Shown here piece after piece: positions 21,554 to 30,920 of a DNA stretch of 64,000 nt (positions are counted from its first letter, which is position 1; every line of letters starts with the position of its first letter). The notes beneath the pieces are model-generated. The model saw only the letters and a program-made list of their open reading frames with translations, was not told the DNA's origin and did not search any database. Made by a program: the position numbers and the translations under genes. The stretch is from an uncultured Alphaproteobacteria bacterium (GTDB lineage Bacteria > Pseudomonadota > Alphaproteobacteria > HIMB59 > GCA-002718135): contig CACNPW010000001.1 in the NCBI GenBank assembly GCA_902622475.1, positions 2,217 to 66,216 of the forward strand. Reading direction: 5' to 3'.

Positions 21554-22954
21554 TTAATTATCTCTATATTGATTTAATCTATCAATAGTATCTTTTTTAC
21601 CTAATATTACAAAAATATCAGAAATTGAAGGCCCTTGATAGGAATTTATTAGTAAAAATCTTATTGGTTTACCTAAAACAGGGAATTTAATTTTATTATT
21701 TTTTAAAAAATCATTTATGACATTTTGAATATTATCCCTATTCCAATCATTTATTTCCATAATTAAATTTAAAAATTCTTTAAAAATACTATCAAATTCT
21801 GAGGTCAGTTTTTCTGTCTTATTTATTTTATAATTTTCATCAAAATAAACTTTAATTGTATCATGCAAATCACTTAGTTTCTTAATATCTTTTTTATAAA
21901 CATTAAAAATATTTTTCATTTTTATCTCATCTTTTTGTAGAAATTTATTTAATTCAACATCACTTTCACAAAAGTTTATGAATTCTTCTATTCCGTTTTC
22001 TTTTCTTAAATAAAAATTATTAAAAAAATCTAATTTATCAAAACTAAATATACTAGATGATTTAGATAAATTTGATATTTCAAAATTTTCAATTATTTCC
22101 TCTAATTCAATAGTTTCTGATTTCTCTTGGTTATTTGACCAACCTAAAAGTATAAGATTGTTAATAATTGCTTCTTTTAAATAACCGTCTTTTTTTAAAT
22201 CTAAAATATTTACGGCACCATGTCTTTTTGATAATTTTGTTCTATCTTCACCGTGAATAAGAGGAATATGAGCATATTGAGGTATATCCCAATTCATAAA
22301 TTTATATATGTAGTATTGTCTAAAAGTATTAATAAAATGATCGTCACCTCTAATAATATAATTGACTCCTAAATCATGATCATCCACTACTACAGATAAC
22401 ATATACGTTGGTGATTGATCTTTTCTTAGTAGAATGAAATCATCTAACTCTAAATTTGCTACTGTAACGTCTCCTTGAATTGTATCTTTAATTTTTAAAT
22501 TGCCTTCATCCGGTACATCTAATCTAACTACAAAACCTTCATCTCTACTTTGAATATCATTATCATTTTTACATTCAGTACATATTTTTTTAGAATAATT
22601 TTTATTTTCTTTAATTAACTTTCTTTGGTTAGCTATTTTTTCTTCAGAACATACGCATTTAAAAGCTTGTTTTTTTTGAAGTAATTCTCTAGCAATTTTT
22701 TGATGCCTTGATAATCTTTTAGATTGAACTTGAATTTCCTCATCCCAATTAAGCCCAAGCCATTTTAAAGAATTAGTTATGTTATCTGTGTACTCTTGTT
22801 TTGATCTTTCATGATCTGTATCCTCAATTCTCAAGTAAAATTTAGATGATGCTGATTTTTTACTTACAATATAATTAATTAAAGCAGTTCTAGCACCTCC
22901 AAGATGTAGATTGCCAGTAGGAGAGGGCGCAAATCGTGTTTTTAACATAGTCAT
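21554..22954 (-). CDS. gltX: Glutamyl-tRNA synthetase
   Basis: HIGH region [16 protein letters not shown] and KMSKS-like KLSKRHG. Confidence 0.95.
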   Translation of the reverse strand: MTMLKTRFAPSPTGNLHLGGARTALINYIVSKKSASSKFYLRIEDTDHERSKQEYTDNITNSLKWLGLNWDEEIQVQSKRLSRHQKIARELLQKKQAFKCVCSEEKIANQRKLIKENKNYSKKICTECKNDNDIQSRDEGFVVRLDVPDEGNLKIKDTIQGDVTVANLELDDFILLRKDQSPTYMLSVVVDDHDLGVNYIIRGDDHFINTFRQYYIYKFMNWDIPQYAHIPLIHGEDRTKLSKRHGAVNILDLKKDGYLKEAIINNLILLGWSNNQEKSETIELEEIIENFEISNLSKSSSIFSFDKLDFFNNFYLRKENGIEEFINFCESDVELNKFLQKDEIKMKNIFNVYKKDIKKLSDLHDTIKVYFDENYKINKTEKLTSEFDSIFKEFLNLIMEINDWNRDNIQNVINDFLKNNKIKFPVLGKPIRFLLINSYQGPSISDIFVILGKKDTIDRLNQYRDN

Positions 22955-22974
22955 CTAAAAATTAAGATAAACTA

Positions 22975-23601
22975 TTAATTATATTTTCTTATAATACCAG
23001 ATAAAGTCCCTTGGACTTGTATTTCACCTGCTTCATATTCCTTTGTTTGAAAACTTTGATTAGCAGGAATTAACAAAACCTTGTTTCGATCAAATTTAAT
23101 AGTTTTTAGAGTAACCTCGTTATCTTGTGTAATAACAGCTGCAATTTTTCCATTTTCAACATTATTTGTCTTTTTTATCACAGCAATATCACCGTCAAAT
23201 ATTCCTTTATCTATCATAGATAGACCTTTTACTTTTAATCCAAAATATTTAGCATTTGGCGATGTCATCGAAGAGGGTACAGAAACAAATTCATCAGCAT
23301 TTTCAATAGCTTCTATTGCTTCACCTGCAGCTATTGCACCAATTAATGGGATATTAATGCTATTTGACAAAGAATTTTCATTATCAATATTATCTTTATT
23401 AATAATTTCCATTGCTCTTGCCTTGTGCTTTAATCTTTTAATAAAACCTCTTTCTTCTAGACTTGTTATTAATCTATGAATACCTGACTTTGATTTCAGA
23501 TTAACTGCACTTTTCATTTCCTCAAAAGAAGGGGAAATTTCATTACTTGAAATGTAATTTTTTAAATAATCGTATAGCTCTTTTTGTTTTTTAGTAAGCA
23601 T
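22975..23601 (-). CDS. lexA: LexA repressor (S24 peptidase)
   Basis: MLTKKQKELYDYL winged-helix N terminus, an Ala-Gly cleavage region (IAAGEAIEAI), and GLSM serine and lysine segments. I preferred the start at M11 of the listed ORF because the SOS boxes lie just upstream of it. Confidence 0.9.
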   Translation of the reverse strand: MLTKKQKELYDYLKNYISSNEISPSFEEMKSAVNLKSKSGIHRLITSLEERGFIKRLKHKARAMEIINKDNIDNENSLSNSINIPLIGAIAAGEAIEAIENADEFVSVPSSMTSPNAKYFGLKVKGLSMIDKGIFDGDIAVIKKTNNVENGKIAAVITQDNEVTLKTIKFDRNKVLLIPANQSFQTKEYEAGEIQVQGTLSGIIRKYN

Positions 23602-23605
23602 TATC

Positions 23606-23620
23606 GTTCTATATATGTTC
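23606..23620 (-). promoter_or_regulatory. Alphaproteobacterial-type SOS box, GTTC-N7-GTTC (perfect)
   Basis: The plus strand reads GTTCtatatatGTTC. It ends 4 nt upstream of the lexA ATG at 23599-23601. Confidence 0.6.
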
Positions 23621-23625
23621 TTTAA

Positions 23626-23640
23626 GATCAAAACAAGAAC
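23626..23640 (-). promoter_or_regulatory. Second, imperfect SOS box in inverted orientation (GATC-N7-GAAC)
   Basis: The plus strand reads GATCaaaacaaGAAC, 5 nt from box 1. It has one mismatch to the reverse complement of GTTC-N7-GTTC. Confidence 0.4.
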
Positions 23641-23669
23641 AAATATAAATATCTATATTTTTCAGTTAT

Positions 23670-24125
23670 TTAAATATTAGATTTACCACCTGTTTTCGAA
23701 ACAAGGTGTATATTTTGAATTATAATTTTTTTATTTAAGTACTTACACATGTCATAAATTGTCAGACAGCTAATTGTAACTGCAGTTAATGCCTCCATTT
23801 CCACACCAGTATTTGCATTTGTTTTTACTGTACTTTTGATAATAAAACTAAATTTTTTATTATTTTTTATAACCTCAATATTTATGTGATTGATTGGAAT
23901 ATTATGACAAAGCGGTATCAATCTAGAAGTTTCTTTTGCTCCCATAATACCACCAATTATTGCAGTTTTTTCTAGATTCCCTTTTTTTGTCTCAAATGAT
24001 TTTATTTTTTTAAATGTTTCTTTATCAAATTTAATTTCACCAGAGGCTACTGCTACTCTTTCTGTGACATCTTTATTTGATACGTCAATTATATAAGGAT
24101 TTCCTTTTTTATTAATATGACTCAT
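23670..24125 (-). CDS. moaC: Cyclic pyranopterin monophosphate synthase MoaC
   Basis: 151 aa. Typical MoaC segments LIPLCHNIPI and GVEMEALTAVTISCLTIYDMCK. Confidence 0.9.
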   Translation of the reverse strand: MSHINKKGNPYIIDVSNKDVTERVAVASGEIKFDKETFKKIKSFETKKGNLEKTAIIGGIMGAKETSRLIPLCHNIPINHINIEVIKNNKKFSFIIKSTVKTNANTGVEMEALTAVTISCLTIYDMCKYLNKKIIIQNIHLVSKTGGKSNI

Positions 24126-24912
24126 TTAAAAGCAATTCTCCAATTTTCTTTTCTTTATCTTTAGATTTTAACAAACTTTCTCCAATTAAAAAATTATATA
24201 TCCCTGTCGAATTAAATTTTTTTATATCATCAGAAGTTTTAATTCCACTCTCTGCAATTAAAATATAATCATTAATTAAATTTTTATTCAAATTTATTGA
24301 GTTATTTAAATTGATTTCAAGACTTTTAAGGTTTCTATTATTAATTCCAATCACAGGGTAGTCTAATTTGATTGCTCTTTTTAGTTCGTCTTCATCATGG
24401 ACCTCTATAATACAATCTAATTTTAACTCATTTGCATAATTTATAAATTCTTTTGCTTGATCATCTGATAGTATTGATAAAATTAATAATATACAATCAG
24501 CTTGATAAATCTTACTTTCTAAAATTTGATATTTATCAATAATAAAATCTTTTCTTAAAATAGGTAAATTTGTTTTCTTTTTTACCAGCGATAAATGATC
24601 AATATTTCCTAAAAAATATTTACTTTCTGTTAAAATCGATAACGCTCCAACACCAGATCTTTCATATAAAATTGCAATGTCTTCTGGTTTGTAATCTGAA
24701 ATTATTTCACCTGCACTTGGACTTTGTTTTTTTACTTCGCCAATTATAAAATTTTTTTTATTTTTTTGAGCTGAAATTAATTGATCTTTAAATTCACGTT
24801 TCTCTAATTTTGAGGAAATTAATTTTTCTAATGTTTTAAAAGAACATCTTTTTTTTGTTTCTTCTAATTCTTTTAATTTATCTTCACAAATTTTTTGAAG
24901 TATATTACTCAT
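24112..24912 (-). CDS. trpC: Indole-3-glycerol-phosphate synthase
   Basis: IGEVKKQSPSAG, a GINNRNL-like motif, and an ESGI segment. Lies in the trpE-G-D-C order. Confidence 0.92.
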   Translation of the reverse strand: MSNILQKICEDKLKELEETKKRCSFKTLEKLISSKLEKREFKDQLISAQKNKKNFIIGEVKKQSPSAGEIISDYKPEDIAILYERSGVGALSILTESKYFLGNIDHLSLVKKKTNLPILRKDFIIDKYQILESKIYQADCILLILSILSDDQAKEFINYANELKLDCIIEVHDEDELKRAIKLDYPVIGINNRNLKSLEINLNNSINLNKNLINDYILIAESGIKTSDDIKKFNSTGIYNFLIGESLLKSKDKEKKIGELLLNESY

Positions 24913-25906
24913 TAATTAGAGAGTTTACAAAATTTTTTGTAATTCCTTCTTCAATTGTTTTTTTTGCTAATTCAAAACTATCTTTTAGATTATTTCTTAA
25001 ATTGGATAAATATATTGCCGCTCCTGCATTTATCTCTACAATCATTTGAAATTCTCTGTAGTCGCCGTTAATCATTTTATTAAAACATTTTGCATTATAT
25101 TCTGGATCTCCACCTTTAATATCTTCTAATTTAATTAAATCATAACCATAGTCTCTTGGATCAAAACTATATTCCAGAATTTTATTATCTTTCAATTCAT
25201 TTATAAGAGTATTATCTGATAAACTTATTTCATCTAAACCATCCAATCCGTGAACAACCATTGCTTTTTCAGATCCTAATTCTTTTAAACAATTGCAATG
25301 CGTAGAAACTAAATTTTTTGAATAGACGCCTAGAAGTTGTTTACTTGCTTTAGCAGGATTAGTAAGAGGACCTAATAAATTAAAAATTGTGCGCGTAGCT
25401 AAATTCTTACGAACGTTAATTACATTCTTCATGGCTGAATGGTGATTTTGAGCAAATAAAAAGCAAAAATTTTTATTGGATAATGAGTTTTCTAAATCTT
25501 CTACATCATTCGAAATCTTATAACCTATTTTTTCTAGCATATCTGCAGAACCTGATTTTGAACTAACCGAACGATTGCCATGTTTTGCTATAGTAACGCC
25601 AGCACTTGCAGCAACTATTGCTGCACTTGTTGATATATTTAATGTGTCTTTCATATCTCCACCAGTGCCACAAGTATCAATTGTATTTTCAGGAGAGTTT
25701 ATTTTTAGAGATTTCTCTCTCATTACTTTGGCTGCACCGATAATTTCTTCTTTTGTTTCACCTTTTAACTTTAAACCAATTAGTATTGATGTAATTTTAA
25801 TATCATCTAACTCTCCACTCATAATTTTATTGAATACATACATACTCTCTTCAATATTCAGATTTTGTTGTTCGAGAATTTTATTTAATATTAAAGTTTG
25901 ATCCAT
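24905..25906 (-). CDS. trpD: Anthranilate phosphoribosyltransferase
   Basis: CGTGGD, KHGNRSVSSKSGSAD and FNLLGPLTNPA motifs. Confidence 0.95.
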   Translation of the reverse strand: MDQTLILNKILEQQNLNIEESMYVFNKIMSGELDDIKITSILIGLKLKGETKEEIIGAAKVMREKSLKINSPENTIDTCGTGGDMKDTLNISTSAAIVAASAGVTIAKHGNRSVSSKSGSADMLEKIGYKISNDVEDLENSLSNKNFCFLFAQNHHSAMKNVINVRKNLATRTIFNLLGPLTNPAKASKQLLGVYSKNLVSTHCNCLKELGSEKAMVVHGLDGLDEISLSDNTLINELKDNKILEYSFDPRDYGYDLIKLEDIKGGDPEYNAKCFNKMINGDYREFQMIVEINAGAAIYLSNLRNNLKDSFELAKKTIEEGITKNFVNSLINE

Positions 25907-26475
25907 TATTTTGCTAAGTTTAAAAAGTTTTTTAAAATAATTTTACCCATATCAGTACCTATACTTTCTGGATGAAATTGTAGTCCAAATATTGGTAATT
26001 TTTTATGTGCAATACCCATTATAATCTTATTATTTGTTTCAGCAGTAATTAAAAAATCTTTAGGCATAGTTCTTTTATCAATTATAAGTGAGTGATATCT
26101 AGTTGCTTTAAATTTTCTTTCTACATTTTTAAATATAGAGTGTCCAAAGTGATTAATTGTATCAACTTTTCCATGCATGATTTCTTTGCATTTAATGATT
26201 TTACCTCCAAAAGCTTGACCAATAGTTTGATGTCCTAAACAAATGCCAAGTATAGGAAATTGTTTTGATAATTCTGCAACGATATTAAGACTTATTCCAG
26301 CTTCATTTGGTGTGCACGGACCTGGTGAAATAACTATTGATTTAGGTTTTAATTTACGAATTTTATTTATAGAAATCTTGTCATTTCTAAAAACAACAAC
26401 CTTCTGATTTAAATCCAATAAGTAGTGTTTTACATTGTAAGTAAAACTATCATAATTATCTATCAGCAATATCAT
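25906..26475 (-). CDS. trpG: Anthranilate synthase component II (glutamine amidotransferase)
   Basis: ISPGPCTP, GICLGHQ and QFHPES triad motifs. Confidence 0.93.
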   Translation of the reverse strand: MILLIDNYDSFTYNVKHYLLDLNQKVVVFRNDKISINKIRKLKPKSIVISPGPCTPNEAGISLNIVAELSKQFPILGICLGHQTIGQAFGGKIIKCKEIMHGKVDTINHFGHSIFKNVERKFKATRYHSLIIDKRTMPKDFLITAETNNKIIMGIAHKKLPIFGLQFHPESIGTDMGKIILKNFLNLAK

Positions 26476-27950
26476 ATATCGAATTTGTATGAATCCTCTG
26501 CAGCTGCCATTAAAGCACTAGCTTTATTCAAAATTTCTTGATGTTCATTTTTTGGGACTGAGTCATAAACTATTCCAGCACCAGCCTGAATGTATAATTT
26601 ACTATCTTTTACAAGCCCAGTCCTCAAACTAATACAAGTATCCATGTCTCCATTAGAATCAAAATAACCCATACAACCAGCATAAAAACTTCTATTTAAA
26701 TTTTCAAGTTCCTCTATGATTTCCATCGCTCTTATTTTTGGTGCACCAGAAACTGTACCTGCTGGAAATCCAGCCATTAAAGCATCTAGAGCATCTAAAT
26801 TATTATCTATTTTTCCCTCAACGTTTGAAACAATATGCATTACATGAGAGTAGTATTCTATAATCATCTTTTCAGTAACATTCACTGTTCCTTTTTTTGC
26901 AACGCGACCAACATCGTTCCTTCCTAAATCTAAAAGCATTAAGTGTTCTGCGAGTTCTTTGTTATCATTCAGTAAGTCATTAGATAAATAAAGGTCTTCA
27001 GAGGCATTCTTTCCTCTTTTTCTTGTTCCAGCAATTGGTCTTATCGTAACTTTTTTGTTTCTTAATTGAACCATTAATTCTGGACTAGATGCAACAAGGC
27101 CAATTTTATCGAAGTTAAGATTTACAAGATAAGGAGATGGATTTAGTCGTCTTAACGATCTATAAAGATTGACTGCCTTTAAATTGTATTTTGTTTCAAA
27201 TCTCTGTGAAGGCACAACTTGGAAGATATCTCCATTTTTAATATATTCTTTTGCTTTATTTACAATTTTATAAAATTGTTCTTTCTTGAAATTTGATTTA
27301 AATTTTAATTTAGATTTTTTATTTTTCTTTTGCGCAGGTTTTAAAATACTTTTTTCTAACTTTTTAATTGTTTTATCAATAAGTAATTTATTTTTTCTAT
27401 AGGCTTTTTCTGCTGAGATTTTTTTACTTGGATACGTAACTGTCATAAGTGAAATAATATCTTTAATATTATCAAAAACTGCGACAATTTTTGGTCTGAT
27501 TAAAATTGCATCAGGTATTCTTATATTGTCCTTATTACTTAGTTTAATTTTTTCAATATATTGAATCATTGGATATCCTAGATATCCAACTAGTGTTGGG
27601 AAAGGAACGTCAATTTCATTATTTTTAAATTTTGAAATTTTTACAAGTTCTTTAAGACTATGAATTGGTTTTTGATCTAGTTTATAATCAAAATTATGAT
27701 CCAAATATTTTATTTTTGCCTTACCTTTTTCAACTGTCCAAATTAAATCTGGATCACAACCAAGTAATGAGTAACGCCCTCTTTTACTTCCACCCTCTAC
27801 TGACTCTAATAGAAAGGAATATTTTTCTGATTTACTAATTTTTAATAATGATGAAAATGGTGTTTCAATATCAGCAATAAGATTTTTTTTTAATATCTGA
27901 GGTAAGCCTTTATTATATTGACTTATAAAATTTTTTTTTTCTAGACTCAT
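26472..27950 (-). CDS. trpE: Anthranilate synthase component I
   Basis: Chorismate-binding domain with RRLNPSPY, GAPKIRAMEIIEELE and GAGIVYDS motifs. Confidence 0.95.
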   Translation of the reverse strand: MSLEKKNFISQYNKGLPQILKKNLIADIETPFSSLLKISKSEKYSFLLESVEGGSKRGRYSLLGCDPDLIWTVEKGKAKIKYLDHNFDYKLDQKPIHSLKELVKISKFKNNEIDVPFPTLVGYLGYPMIQYIEKIKLSNKDNIRIPDAILIRPKIVAVFDNIKDIISLMTVTYPSKKISAEKAYRKNKLLIDKTIKKLEKSILKPAQKKNKKSKLKFKSNFKKEQFYKIVNKAKEYIKNGDIFQVVPSQRFETKYNLKAVNLYRSLRRLNPSPYLVNLNFDKIGLVASSPELMVQLRNKKVTIRPIAGTRKRGKNASEDLYLSNDLLNDNKELAEHLMLLDLGRNDVGRVAKKGTVNVTEKMIIEYYSHVMHIVSNVEGKIDNNLDALDALMAGFPAGTVSGAPKIRAMEIIEELENLNRSFYAGCMGYFDSNGDMDTCISLRTGLVKDSKLYIQAGAGIVYDSVPKNEHQEILNKASALMAAAEDSYKFDI

Positions 27951-29767
27951 TTATACTGAGATAAAAGACCATTTATCAGTTCATCATTGAACGAAATCTC
28001 TTTTGTCTTAATAATCTCACTACCAAATGCTGTTTTCAAATCACCTATTAAATTAATTTTTGATGTATTTTCACCTTCTTCAGGCATCTTTATACTTTTA
28101 ATATTAGCAAAATAAATAGCATTTTCATCTGATCCAAAAGCTACTTTATCAATATCAGTTTCAAAAATCTTTTGTTTAAAAGATATTGGTAATTCATCAT
28201 TAGTCTTTAAAGATAAAATTAAATTTTCCGGATTAGTTGCATAAAATTTACTTATATCTGTGAAGGTCTCTTTATTATTTTCAAAAATATTTTCTGCTTG
28301 TTCAGTTTTTTTTGTAAAAATAAAATCATTTAAAACACTGTCAAAGATATTATCAATACTCTCTATTTTTGACGGATAAATGTCATCAATGTTTACAATA
28401 AAAGAAGTATCATTATCAATGTCTACTAAATCACTAACAAAATCTTTATTTTGTGTAAAAGAAAATGAAATGACGTTGCTTAAAGTAGGGTCATCTTCGT
28501 TAGTATTATTAATAATTTTTTTCTTAATGATTAATTTCAGATTATTTTGATCTGCTATTTCATTAATTGAAAACCCATCAAGTATTTGTTGGTCGAGGCT
28601 TGATTTTAATTCATTAAAGTAATTATCTACTTCAAAATTGATTAATGTATTATTTATTTCATTCTTCACTTCATCAAATGTTAATTCTTTTTCTGGGAAA
28701 ATTTCATCCAAAATAATTATATGATATGCCAAGGTTGTTTGTACTACATCTGACATACTTCCTTTGTCTAATTCAAATATTGCATTTGCAAGTTGTTCTA
28801 AAACTTTATTTTTATCAACATTTTTGAAATCATTAAAAACTATATTATTTTCTTCTGCATATTTAATAATTTCTTCATTAGTTTTTCCAGAAACTTTTAT
28901 TTTAAAATCATCTGCTTCTTCTTTTGATTTAAAATTAAATTGTTTAAAACTTCTCTCTTCTAGATTAATAAATAAGTTTTTATTATTATTATAATAATCA
29001 TTAAGACTATTTTCTGAAGGTAAAAAATTGTTGCGATAATCACTTTTGCTTATTAATATGTATGAAATATCTCTTTCTTCTTTTGTCATATATGCAGCAG
29101 AGTTATTATTAAAGTAATCTAATAGTTCATTATTATCTTTGGAAATTTGATCTTTACTATAGTTTTCAAGTTTAATTTCGTCGTAAGGTATTTTAAGCAA
29201 CTCTATGTCTCTACTCTGATTATCATACTTATTAAAATTTATTTGTAATTGTAATGGATAATTTTTTTGAAAGAAAAGCTGATCAAATACAATCGATCTA
29301 GTTTCAAAATCTATTAAGTCGACAAGATCCTCAATTTTTAAGCCTTGCCTTCTTAAAAATGTATTCAACATTTCATCATCTAATTTATTGTTGATGTAAA
29401 GATCTGGAAAATTCCTTTTTGTTTCTTTTGCAATTGTGGTGTCATCTAGAATAAAATTTATTTTCTCAAACTCATTTTCAAAGACTGCATTATTAACTAA
29501 ATTTTGAAGAGCAATTTGATGAACTTGAAAGCTTCTTACTTGATCACCAGTTAATTTACTTCCAATCATTTGAGAAAATTGATTAATGTTCAAATCCATT
29601 GATCTAAGAAATTTTGTTGTAGAAATAGGAGTGCCTGAAATATTCGCTACAAAATTATCAGAATTAAATAAATTAGAATATCTTTGTGAGCCACGAAAAA
29701 AGAATAAGCTTGCTGCAAAAAGTATGGCTAGTCCAATGCCAATCCAAGAATTTCTAATAGCTCTCAT
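27947..29767 (-). CDS. ppiD: PpiD/SurA-like periplasmic chaperone (membrane-anchored, parvulin-like domain)
   Basis: N-terminal TM anchor (WIGIGLAILFAASLFFF), SurA_N-like region, and a parvulin remnant ending TTLAYHIIILDE. Conserved position upstream of trpE. Confidence 0.75.
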   Translation of the reverse strand: MRAIRNSWIGIGLAILFAASLFFFRGSQRYSNLFNSDNFVANISGTPISTTKFLRSMDLNINQFSQMIGSKLTGDQVRSFQVHQIALQNLVNNAVFENEFEKINFILDDTTIAKETKRNFPDLYINNKLDDEMLNTFLRRQGLKIEDLVDLIDFETRSIVFDQLFFQKNYPLQLQINFNKYDNQSRDIELLKIPYDEIKLENYSKDQISKDNNELLDYFNNNSAAYMTKEERDISYILISKSDYRNNFLPSENSLNDYYNNNKNLFINLEERSFKQFNFKSKEEADDFKIKVSGKTNEEIIKYAEENNIVFNDFKNVDKNKVLEQLANAIFELDKGSMSDVVQTTLAYHIIILDEIFPEKELTFDEVKNEINNTLINFEVDNYFNELKSSLDQQILDGFSINEIADQNNLKLIIKKKIINNTNEDDPTLSNVISFSFTQNKDFVSDLVDIDNDTSFIVNIDDIYPSKIESIDNIFDSVLNDFIFTKKTEQAENIFENNKETFTDISKFYATNPENLILSLKTNDELPISFKQKIFETDIDKVAFGSDENAIYFANIKSIKMPEEGENTSKINLIGDLKTAFGSEIIKTKEISFNDELINGLLSQYK

Positions 29768-29816
29768 AAAATTTCTATTGCTTCTATAATATTAGTTTCT
29801 ATAAATAAAAGTAATT

Positions 29817-30536
29817 ATGGTAAATCTTGATAAATATTCCTCAATTTTTATAGCAAATTGGAAATTAAATGGAAATTCCTCATTTTTAAAAGATTATTAT
29901 GAAAAATTAAAAGTTAATTCTAATAATTGTACGATTATCTGCTCACCTTCAATTTACTTAAAATCATTAAAAGGAAATAATAAAAACTTATTTTGTGGCG
30001 CACAAGATGTTTCTTCTTATAAAGAGGGTGCTTACACAGGAGAATTATCCGCCTCAATGCTGAGAGATAATAATATAGATTTTTGTTTGGTTGGACATTC
30101 TGAGCGAAGACAATACTTTGCCGAAACAAATAATAACGTAAACATTAAAAGCTCAAACCTTATTGAGGAAAATATTATACCAGTGATATGCATTGGCGAA
30201 ACCTTAGAGCAGAAAGAAAAAAACTTAACAGAAGAAATCTTATCTAAACAAATTAAAGATAGTATTCCAAATTTAGCAAATCATCAAAATGCGTTAATTG
30301 CTTATGAGCCAGTTTGGGCAATTGGAACAGGATTAACACCAACTTTGGATGAGATAAATCAAGTACACGAACTCATAAAAAATTTTGACACTAGATTTAG
30401 CAACTTTAAAGTTCTCTATGGTGGTTCTGTAAAATCTGCAAATTCTAAAGAAATTAATGATTTAAAACATGTTGATGGTTGTTTAATTGGTGGAGCTTCT
30501 CTAAAAGTTGATGAATTCAATATAATTATATCTTGA
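29817..30536 (+). CDS. tpiA: Triosephosphate isomerase
   Basis: NWKLNG, GHSERR and AYEPVWAIGTG motifs. Confidence 0.95.
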   Translation: MVNLDKYSSIFIANWKLNGNSSFLKDYYEKLKVNSNNCTIICSPSIYLKSLKGNNKNLFCGAQDVSSYKEGAYTGELSASMLRDNNIDFCLVGHSERRQYFAETNNNVNIKSSNLIEENIIPVICIGETLEQKEKNLTEEILSKQIKDSIPNLANHQNALIAYEPVWAIGTGLTPTLDEINQVHELIKNFDTRFSNFKVLYGGSVKSANSKEINDLKHVDGCLIGGASLKVDEFNIIIS

Positions 30537-30567
30537 TAAATTAAATCTAATAAATATAAGCCAAATA

Positions 30568-30873
30568 ATGACTACTCTTATTGTAATTCAACTCATACTA
30601 GCAATTGCTCTTGTTATTTTAGTTTTATTGCAAGGATCAGATAATGAAGGTTTGGGTCTTGGTGGAGGAACTTTTGGTGGAATGATGTCAGCTAGAGGCT
30701 CAGCTAATCTTCTTTCAAGATTAACAGCTATTACAGCAACTTTATTCATGATTATGAGTGTTGTACTAACAATAACTGCATCCGTTGGATCAGATCGTAA
30801 TGTATTAGAGTCACTTCCTTCAATAAATACCGAAGAAACTTCTGAAGAACCATCTATACCAGAAAATAATTAA
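30568..30873 (+). CDS. secG: Preprotein translocase subunit SecG
   Basis: 101 aa, two TMs, LLQGSDNEGLGLGGG motif. Confidence 0.9.
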   Translation: MTTLIVIQLILAIALVILVLLQGSDNEGLGLGGGTFGGMMSARGSANLLSRLTAITATLFMIMSVVLTITASVGSDRNVLESLPSINTEETSEEPSIPENN

Positions 30874-30920
30874 TTATATCTTGCTATAAATAGATCTATT
30901 ATGTATCACGGTATTCCGTA

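Noticed and set aside
23081-29789. Plus-strand ORFs (64-132 aa) opposite lexA, trpC/trpD and ppiD
   Set aside because: They are shadows of well-supported minus-strand genes.
30889-30900. Perfect 12-bp palindrome AATAGATCTATT between secG and pyrG, a possible operator or terminator
   Set aside because: My rough estimate for this base composition is that dozens of 12-bp palindromes are expected by chance in 64 kb. It has no loop for a hairpin and no flanking U-tract.
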